A stretch of 32,000 bases of DNA from Raphidiopsis brookii D9. GTDB taxonomy: Bacteria > Cyanobacteriota > Cyanobacteriia > Cyanobacteriales > Nostocaceae. The stretch is from the NCBI GenBank assembly GCA_000175855.1, contig ACYB01000027.1, forward strand, positions 1 through 32,000. The letters run 5' to 3'. Shown here piece after piece: positions 1 to 7,185 of this stretch. The notes beneath the pieces are model-generated. The model saw nothing but the letters and a program-made list of their open reading frames with translations, made no database searches and was not told the origin of the DNA. The position numbers were made by a program, and so were the translations under genes. Positions within the stretch are counted from its first letter, which is position 1, and every line of letters starts with the position of its first letter.

Positions 1-25
1 TGATTGACGAAAAATTTGCCGAGTT

Positions 26-679
26 TTGAATGAGTTACAGCGAGACAGGGAAGAGCAAGCTCGCAAATGGGATGAGCAAAATCGTAAATTCGATGCTTTC
101 CAAGCTGAGCAAGCTCATAAATGGGATGAGCAAAATCGCAAATTCGATGCTTTCCAAGCTGAGCAAGCTCGTAAGTGGGATGAGCAAAATCGTAAATGGG
201 AGGAAAATAATCAACGTCTGGACAGAATCGAAGCCCAGAACAGTGCTACCCTGGAGGAAATCCAGAAAGCTAACCGTCGTTATGAAAGTGCCATTGGTGC
301 TATTGGTTCCCGCTGGGGTCTCTATTCTGAAGCTAGTTTCCGTAATGGACTCCAAGCTATTCTAGGCCAGTCCTTTGGGGTGGAGGTGCTCAATCTTACC
401 CTTTACGACCAGGAGGGAGAAGTATTTGGTCGACCAGAACAGGTGGAATTGGATATAATCATCAAAAATGGGCTAACTATTGTCTGTGAACTTAAGTCTT
501 CTATTGACAAAGCTGGTATGTACATCTTTGGTCGTAAGGCAGACTTCTACGCTAAAAATCAAAATAGAGTGGTTAACCGTAAAATTGTGATTTCGCCCAT
601 GGTGGATGAGCGAGCTATACCGGTAGCTAAATCCCTAGGCATTGAGATATATAGTTATGCAGATGTAGTGGTACCATAA
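26..679 (+). CDS. DUF3782-like coiled-coil protein with C-terminal PD-(D/E)XK nuclease-type core; probably the 3' part of a gene that starts left of the window
   Basis: 217-codon ORF whose only in-frame start is TTG at 26. It has N-terminal 18-aa repeats (EQARKWDEQNRKFDAFQA). These are followed by IGAIGSRWGLYSEASFRN...GRPEQVELDIIIKNGLTIVCELKSS...ISPMVDERAIPVAKSLGIEIYS, which gives the D...E-x-K arrangement of a PD-(D/E)XK core. The pattern matches the cyanobacterial DUF3782 family as I remember it. Frame 3 at nt 3-26 (IDEKFAEF) is open to the window edge and would join in frame if the T4 run at 24-27 were T5. Confidence 0.6.
   Translation: MNELQRDREEQARKWDEQNRKFDAFQAEQAHKWDEQNRKFDAFQAEQARKWDEQNRKWEENNQRLDRIEAQNSATLEEIQKANRRYESAIGAIGSRWGLYSEASFRNGLQAILGQSFGVEVLNLTLYDQEGEVFGRPEQVELDIIIKNGLTIVCELKSSIDKAGMYIFGRKADFYAKNQNRVVNRKIVISPMVDERAIPVAKSLGIEIYSYADVVVP
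53..197 (+). repeat. 54-bp intragenic tandem repeat, about 2.7 copies (units start at 53, 107, 161)
   Basis: Direct reading: unit 1 (53-106) and unit 2 (107-160) differ at 3 of 54 positions. Unit 3 matches for 37 nt and then diverges. The repeat is in frame and encodes the 18-aa repeat EQA(R/H)KWDEQNRKFDAFQA. Confidence 0.9.
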
Positions 680-716
680 AAGGGAAGCATTTCAACATCT
701 ATAAAACCAAAAACCT

Positions 717-848
717 ATGATAGAGGCTGAAATTAAGGCATTAATTCAAAAAGAATTGCCCCGGGCGATCGCGGAGGAATCGGGTGTGCGGGATTTTGTC
801 TTGCCCACGGTGTCAGAATATTACACTCCCCTAATTAGATGTGCATAA
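717..848 (+). pseudogene. stranded N-terminal fragment (43 codons) of a second DUF3782-like paralogue
   Basis: ATG at 717 gives MIEAEIKALIQKELPRAIAEESGVRDFVLPTVSEYYTPLIRCA*. The segment (E)IKALIxxELPxxxxE...R.F(I/V)L.TVSEYY resembles the N-terminal module of this family from memory, and that module is absent from ORF 26..679. All three frames close by 848, 30 nt before the stop codon of the SNF2 gene. Confidence 0.35.
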
Positions 849-878
849 ACTTTTGCAAGCGGTAGCTAGGGATTGCAT

Positions 879-3800
879 TCAACCTCTTAATAAAAATGCT
901 GTTAAGGAAATTTGCATACTGGTAGGTTTAATTCCTTCATCCAAAATTAGGTTTAACCTATCCGTATCTTCGAACAACTGAATAATAAATTTCTCATCAT
1001 CCAAATTTGATTTGTCCCCATCTGTATATTCCTTCAAAAGTTTTTGTACAGATTTTCCCTCTTTCCAGGTATTCAGTTTTTTTAGTGTACCTTTGACCTT
1101 ACTACGGTCTAACTTATCTGGGAAACTATCCAGCTTATTCAAACGACGTTGAATTTTGGTAATCCGTTCTGAAGTGATATTAATATTTTCCAGGGTTTCT
1201 AGTTCTTTTAGTTCTGCACTACCTTGTTCCTTGAGTTTCACCAGTTCGTCATAAATTGATTCAGCTAATGATATTAAATATTTTGAAGAAAATACATTGT
1301 TAGCTGCTGGGGTTTTAATAGCAGTGGCGATCGCCAAACCATAACCATCTTTTTCTCCTGTGATATTGTTCCAAAATAGGGTTTTTTGCTTATTTTTTAT
1401 AAGTTCACCATTGGGTCCGAAATATTGCACTGTTAGTGCTACTAATCCGGATGGTTGGTTTGGTTCATTGATTCGACCTAGAGCAATGGGATTTGGTTGG
1501 TAATCATCGCCCATTTTTTTTAAAAGTTCACTCAGCTCTTCACTGTGTAATATTTCATTTTGGGTATAAACATCTCGATTGGTTTCTTGTTTTTTATAAG
1601 CATCCTCCTGTAAATTACCTTGTTCCATTTTTCTAGCTTTAATGAGACTTTGGATAAAATCCACATATCCTGGTAAAATTTCGCCATCAAATAATGTATC
1701 ACCATAAATAGAAGATCCTAATGTACCGGTATCAGAAATAGGGGAAATATTGTAATTATATTCAAGACTTGTCTTATTTTCCTGTTGTTGAGATATTTCT
1801 CCTACTAACTTTTTATGTAAATTTTTTAGGCGAGATGCTTGTCTTAATAGTTGACTTTCACTGTTAGCATAGTAAACGTAAATATATTCTGCCTTATGTT
1901 GTTTCGGTCTATCAATCCTGCCAATTCTTTGCTCTAAAATCATGGGATTCCAAGGTAAATCAATATTAATTAAATAATCCGCATCTTGTAAATTTTGACC
2001 CACCGATAAGGTTTCTGAACCAATTAATACTTTAATTTCCTCTTCTGCTTGAGGAAGTTCTTCAAGATTTTTACAGGTAGCATGTGGAGCAAATAATCTA
2101 AAGATACTTTGGCGATCGCAAACAACTCGACCTCGATTAGGTTGTAGTACATCAGCAGGATTTACTCTTTGTGGTTTATCTGAATTGTCGGGATAATATA
2201 ATTTTGTGGAACCAATTAACATCCCAATACCCTTAGCTGCGATCGCACCATCACGGGTCATGTGATGATAATAATCAATTACAGTATCGCTAAAGGTAGA
2301 AATTAGTAGTACCTTATGACCAAGTTTCACTAACTCACGAACTTTTTGGGTAACTTGTTGTTTTTTGTGATCAACAAAAAACTCATTTTCTAATAGGGTG
2401 TGAATTTCATCCAATTGTTGTAAGTCTTTTTTACAATCATCCAGCATGCGATTATAAATCCTTTGGGCACTGTCAGGATCATTCTGTAGATTACCTGTGA
2501 AAGTATCTATAGAACTTCTTAATTGTTGACGGTTTTGTTCTGGATTTACTTGATTTTCTTCTTCCTCCTCATCTTCATAATCCTCATCTTCATAATAATC
2601 TAAGAACTTGTCTGAGTTATCTTTTTTATCGGAGTTAAAATTATAATGGACTAGTAAAAACTCCTTTAGTCCCTCCCCATCAAAAGAAACTGATTCTAAT
2701 CGTTTCTGCATTTGTTTAATCCGGTAACCAAAACTCTCAATAGTTCTACCCAAAGCATACATACTAGATTCAGCTCTTTGTAAGAAAAAGCGGCGCTGGT
2801 TAGATAACAAACTACGTTGTTCCACATTACTGGTTAAATAACGAATAGGGTCAGCAAAAGGAATATATAAACTAGTTTCAAATTGGGTGAAAATTTGCTC
2901 TAGCGCTAATTCAGTACTCTCTTCAAATTGTACTGGTAACCATTCCGCCACTCGTTTGGCATACAAGTTTAAATCCGGAGTAGCTTCTCGTAGCATTTGC
3001 CTGGTCCGTTGAAGAAACAGTTCCCGATAGGTGCGGCGAAATAGTTCCGTATTGTCAGTAAAGTTTTCCACACCAGTTTCGCGATTTTGAAACCAGTGGG
3101 TTACTTCTGGGGGGAAGTTTAAATCATTAAAACCTTCTGGACGACTAATAAAGGGTGAAAGGATATTATAAATATCTTCTCGGCGATTATTCCAGGGAGT
3201 GGCGGTTAAAAGCAAAAAATAACGTTGCTTGCCAGTTTTTCTATCTTGTTCTTGTATCTCTAAACAAGTTTTGTGAATACGGTTTCTATAATTGCGAATA
3301 CCTTCGTGGGCCTCATCAATAATTACTAAGTCGGGTCCCCCATAACGACCAAAGTCTGCCAAAAAACCACCTTTACGACTCATGAGGTTTTTATTATAAA
3401 ATTCGTAATCACGGGATTGAAACCCTAATTCTGCTAGTTCTCTTTCCCAGTTAGGATGAAGTTTTTTAGCAGCTATAATAGCAATTTTAGCTTGTGCATT
3501 TTGTTGAAAGTATAATTTAGCTACGGTAGCGGCTAAACGGGTTTTACCTAAGCCTACTGCGTCTGCACACACAGCTACACCAAAATTTTTCATCACTCTT
3601 AAACAATGTTGAGCGCCTGACTTTTGGTGTTCAAAGAGGGTGCTATTATTTAACAGTTCATCTAATAAATCACTGCGTTCTACTTGAAACTGTTGGGGTT
3701 TTTGCCGTGCTAACCAATAAAGAAAGTCACTAGGTGTGCCATGATTACCCGCTAAAATCATTTCTACTGCTGGTTTAAATCCCTCAATTTCTGCAAATTC

Positions 3801-5120
3801 AGGAATTTCTGGGGAATGAGTAACCACCGGAGGTTTTTTCGGTGCTATTTCATAACTTTGTTCAGTAGTTCTTACCTTAAACGCTTTTAAAAGTGTTGGT
3901 GGATGATTTGTGTTTATGGTAATTTGACCGGAAATACGCTCCGGTTCTTTACTATTAATGGTAACTTGTACCAGGTCATTATCAACAATTTGGATTTCTT
4001 CTACGTGGTCTAGATTTTGACCGGTAATTTCAACCTTGGTAGTCTTTCCTGAGGGAACGGTGTGGGGAGTGATAGAGTCAATAATTGGTGTTTTTAATTG
4101 ACTGCGACGTTCCTTTTCTGCTAGTACTTCCTGGAGGAATTCTAAACTGATATCAAATGCTATATCTTCCCGTTCCCATTCCTTATCAAATTGACGAATG
4201 TTCTCTAATATGGTTTCTGTATCTAGTTCATCCCAGGAATATAAAAAAGTGATACTTTCAGCATTTCGGGAATAAGCAGCGCGGGTCAAGTTGTCTGAAC
4301 CATCGTGTTGAATATGATATCCTAGGGAGTCGCTGAGGATTCCTGTTTTTTTATGATAAATGGCTCTTTCTGAGTCCATTTTGATTAGTTTAATCACCAT
4401 AAATCCTAATCTGACTAACTCAGCTAATATTTCTGTATGATCTAGTTCTCTATCTTTTAAATTTCGTAGAAACTCTTGTAAGGTGCGTTGGATAAACCGA
4501 GTGCGATAATTAGGGTCATGAAGTTTTTCCAGTTCTTGAATATCGGACTTTTTAGTAAATCCTTGCCAGTCCATTAACAAGCGAATTTTTCCTTCTGCTT
4601 GAATAATAGCAGCCAATGGTTCTTCATATAATTTCAGAATGCTACTATCAAAATAGGCTGTGGAACGACGATAAATTTGACTGCGCTCTAATACTTTACT
4701 AAAAAATTTATGGTACTTATCCAAATCATTGGGCAGATTGAAGCGACGCTGACGACCAGAGATTTCTCGGAAACTACCAGTTAATAAAGCTTTTTCTTTG
4801 GTGACATTTTCTAGATCCAAGAATTTTTCAATAATATTCAGCTTGGATGTTCTCAGTAAGCTCGTGCTGGGTAAGTCATTTTGCTTGATGGGGGTATACG
4901 TAAAGACCTTGCCAGCTTTTTGGTCTATTCTTAATAGTTTATAAGTTGTTTGTTTTTTACTAGCACCTAAGAATCTAACAACTTTATGTAGCAAGTTATC
5001 TGCATCACGATGTTTAAAAACCAACCAATACTGATTCTCAAGCCCTTTTATGGGTGTACCTTGGATGATGTAGTAAGGACGCTGTTTTCGGATCAGTTCT
5101 TGGATAAAGGTGTCCAGCAT
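879..5120 (-). CDS. HKD (PLD-family) nuclease - Ig-like (IPT/TIG-type) - SNF2/SF2 helicase fusion protein, 1413 aa
   Basis: Uninterrupted 1413-codon ORF. It has a single HKD motif, YHKKTGILSD-x9-GSDN (nt 4290-4355). SF2 motifs present: LFEHQ, Walker A ADAVGLGKT (3540-3554), DEAH (3306-3317), LLLTATPWNN, SVGQNLQ and QRIGRIDR (1908-1931). The inter-lobe insertion carries the acidic tract DYYEDEDYEDEEEEEN (2553-2600). The gene contains 3 HIP1 sites. Confidence 0.85.
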   Translation of the reverse strand: MLDTFIQELIRKQRPYYIIQGTPIKGLENQYWLVFKHRDADNLLHKVVRFLGASKKQTTYKLLRIDQKAGKVFTYTPIKQNDLPSTSLLRTSKLNIIEKFLDLENVTKEKALLTGSFREISGRQRRFNLPNDLDKYHKFFSKVLERSQIYRRSTAYFDSSILKLYEEPLAAIIQAEGKIRLLMDWQGFTKKSDIQELEKLHDPNYRTRFIQRTLQEFLRNLKDRELDHTEILAELVRLGFMVIKLIKMDSERAIYHKKTGILSDSLGYHIQHDGSDNLTRAAYSRNAESITFLYSWDELDTETILENIRQFDKEWEREDIAFDISLEFLQEVLAEKERRSQLKTPIIDSITPHTVPSGKTTKVEITGQNLDHVEEIQIVDNDLVQVTINSKEPERISGQITINTNHPPTLLKAFKVRTTEQSYEIAPKKPPVVTHSPEIPEFAEIEGFKPAVEMILAGNHGTPSDFLYWLARQKPQQFQVERSDLLDELLNNSTLFEHQKSGAQHCLRVMKNFGVAVCADAVGLGKTRLAATVAKLYFQQNAQAKIAIIAAKKLHPNWERELAELGFQSRDYEFYNKNLMSRKGGFLADFGRYGGPDLVIIDEAHEGIRNYRNRIHKTCLEIQEQDRKTGKQRYFLLLTATPWNNRREDIYNILSPFISRPEGFNDLNFPPEVTHWFQNRETGVENFTDNTELFRRTYRELFLQRTRQMLREATPDLNLYAKRVAEWLPVQFEESTELALEQIFTQFETSLYIPFADPIRYLTSNVEQRSLLSNQRRFFLQRAESSMYALGRTIESFGYRIKQMQKRLESVSFDGEGLKEFLLVHYNFNSDKKDNSDKFLDYYEDEDYEDEEEEENQVNPEQNRQQLRSSIDTFTGNLQNDPDSAQRIYNRMLDDCKKDLQQLDEIHTLLENEFFVDHKKQQVTQKVRELVKLGHKVLLISTFSDTVIDYYHHMTRDGAIAAKGIGMLIGSTKLYYPDNSDKPQRVNPADVLQPNRGRVVCDRQSIFRLFAPHATCKNLEELPQAEEEIKVLIGSETLSVGQNLQDADYLINIDLPWNPMILEQRIGRIDRPKQHKAEYIYVYYANSESQLLRQASRLKNLHKKLVGEISQQQENKTSLEYNYNISPISDTGTLGSSIYGDTLFDGEILPGYVDFIQSLIKARKMEQGNLQEDAYKKQETNRDVYTQNEILHSEELSELLKKMGDDYQPNPIALGRINEPNQPSGLVALTVQYFGPNGELIKNKQKTLFWNNITGEKDGYGLAIATAIKTPAANNVFSSKYLISLAESIYDELVKLKEQGSAELKELETLENINITSERITKIQRRLNKLDSFPDKLDRSKVKGTLKKLNTWKEGKSVQKLLKEYTDGDKSNLDDEKFIIQLFEDTDRLNLILDEGIKPTSMQISLTAFLLRG

Positions 5121-5209
5121 TTGAGGTTAAAAATGTCTAAAAATCACAGGTGCGGTTTGAGGAAATAATTATTTTGATTGTAGCAGATGAAAAATAACTA
5201 ATGCAATAT

Positions 5210-6265
5210 TTACTCAATGGGCCAGTTTGGTATGGTTTGATCAATTGATCGCATGAGTTTAATAGTTTGCTGTAGTGCTATAACTACGCGCTGATAATGT
5301 TGAATATCATCATCAGTTAGGGTGCGTCCCTTACGATCCTTGAGCCATTTTTGACAAACTTGATAACCTCCTATATAAAAGTTCCAAACTTCTTCGGGTA
5401 CTCCCAAAAATTTGTCACCTTTTTTGTTGATTAATACTGCATTTTGGGTATATTTAGGATATCCCGCATCTACTATTGAATTACCTCCATTTGGGGTAAA
5501 TTGGGTGATAAGGTTATTTAATTTGGGTGATTTCATGAGGTGCAGGGCTACTAATTGTTCTCCACATTCTGCAAGTTGACAAAATAGGTTATTGTTTCTG
5601 GTGAGGGGAACGCGGGGGAAGTCTATTTTCAGAAATTCAGCGTAGCGTGTGCGGTAGGTGGGGGAGTGGAAGATGGCATAGATATAGTAGAATATGGTTT
5701 CTGGTGTGGGGAGATAACCCAGGTTTATTTCTATTTTTTTGAGGAACTTTTCTGAAAAGTTGGGGCGTTTTTTTTGTTGCAGTTCTTGCGGTTGATTTGT
5801 GTCGGGGTAGAGGTAAAGGGGAAAAACAGTTCCTCCACCTCTACGAAAAATATTTTGATCTATAATTAAATTACAAATAAAAATGACATCCCAATAAGTT
5901 GATCCTATTGCTGCTCCTTGTCTTCCCAAGACTATGCCATAATTCAGATATAGAAAATGTTGCATAACACGATAATTTAATCGTGCCACAAATTCTTGAT
6001 GGTAAAAGATAAACCTTTGATCAAATGGTCTAAATATTTCTTGCTTAATATAAGTTTCTATTTCTTGATCTGTGATACATTCTCTAGCTGTAGAAGCATT
6101 CCATTTATCTTTATCAAATAATTGTAATCCAAAGATATCAACTACTTCTTGATCACTTTTATTGCTGTCTAGAAATTTTACTATGTTATCTTTGATTTCC
6201 TTAAATGAATAATTAATAACCAGTTTATCTCTCTTAGTAAGACATCCTAAAGAATATTCTTGCAT
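5210..6265 (-). pseudogene. C-terminal (type ISP-like specificity/TRD) remnant of an N6-adenine DNA methylase gene
   Basis: Sequences such as FHSPTYRTRYAEFLKIDFPRVPL and FYIGGYQVCQKWLKDRKGRTLTDDDIQHYQRVVIAL are typical of the C-terminal domain of type ISP / YeeA-like methylases (from memory). The frame is open upstream to 6349 (PKSEFYLLIPQDTYLF...) without a start codon. No SAM-binding or (N/D)PP(Y/F) motif is present. Confidence 0.7.
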
Positions 6266-6324
6266 AATATCAGTAATTTTTAAAAACTGCCCATACTCTG
6301 CAAATAAATATGTATCTTGAGGAA

Positions 6325-7005
6325 TTAATAAATAAAACTCAGATTTTGGTTAAACCTTAGAAAACTTTTAAGTAATGTATGTAAATATCCATTTTCCCGT
6401 TCTTGCTTGTAAGCGATAGGTATTACCTGCTCAATCTGACGAGCTGCTTGTGCTAATTTTAGGGCCAACTCTTTGGCGGTCTTGATTGGTTCATAAAACA
6501 CCCATTCCACTAAAGGAACAGACATCAGTACTTTAGTAGCAATAAATATTTCGTCTTGTGTAATTCTTTTTAGTCTAGACAGTAACTGCTCATCATCATA
6601 ACTAAAAGTTTGAATTTGTTGCTGACGCAATTTACCTTCTCCAGGAAGGATTAAAGAAATCCTACCAGATGACCCATTGGGTAAAATTAGATACATGACG
6701 GGTTGTTCCTCAGCTACTCGACTGATGTAATGACCGTAAATATCTTTTTGTTGCGCTTCCTCAGTGAAAAATCTTTTAGCCTCTAATTCACTTAAAGACA
6801 CCAGTTCTTCATAAAAACCTACTGCAATAGGGCAAGTTTCCGCTGCTTCCTCTTCATCATTACCAGGACGTAAATACCAAAACCGTGAACCTTCCCGATC
6901 CAGTTCTTTCACCGGATATCCTAACAATTGCCGTAATGCTTCCACACGAATTTTTTCGTCTTGGCTATTTCTGACAATTTGTAACTGTCCTGATGTGAAG
7001 GTCAT
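6325..7005 (-). pseudogene. N-terminal remnant of the same methylase gene (226 codons, different frame from the C-terminal remnant)
   Basis: The ORF ends ...AKELALKLAQAARQIEQVIPIAYKQERENGYLHTLLKSFLR followed by the tail FNQNLSFIY*. The helical segment resembles the region that precedes the catalytic domain in large type IIG/ISP-like methylases (from memory). It is co-oriented with ORF 5210..6265, with only about 60 nt between the two ORFs. Confidence 0.55.
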
Positions 7006-7030
7006 TTTATTCCTTTCTTTAATTTGTCTG

Positions 7031-7090
7031 AATGTTATAGAGTTAAAATGTTATAAACTTAGTCGGATAATGATGTTATATGATCATAAC
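7031..7090 (-). promoter_or_regulatory. three direct copies of ATGTTATA plus GTTAT-N6-ATAAC inverted repeat, upstream of the methylase remnant
   Basis: ATGTTATA occurs at 7032, 7048 and 7073. On the minus strand each reads TATAACAT, which contains a -10-like TATAAC. The inverted repeat GTTAT(atgatc)ATAAC lies at 7075-7090. The cluster sits 26-85 nt upstream of the ATG at 7005. A regulatory function is inferred only. Confidence 0.25.
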
Positions 7091-7185
7091 ACTACCCGAA
7101 TCTACTTAGCAAGCTTACTTGCTTGTTTTTATTACGTTTTATTAAGCATTGGAGAAAGGCGATCGCTCCTCAGTCTAAACTCCAG

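Noticed and set aside
53-197. Possible CRISPR-like repeat array
   Set aside because: The units are contiguous with no spacers. They are 54 bp long, in frame, and code for an 18-aa protein repeat.
30-365. Long overlapping ORFs 30..365 (+) and 35..355 (-) across the start of the window
   Set aside because: They are shadow frames created by the 54-bp tandem repeat. Their products are low-complexity (SKLxNGMSKI repeats), and the third frame has the recognisable nuclease-like C-terminus.
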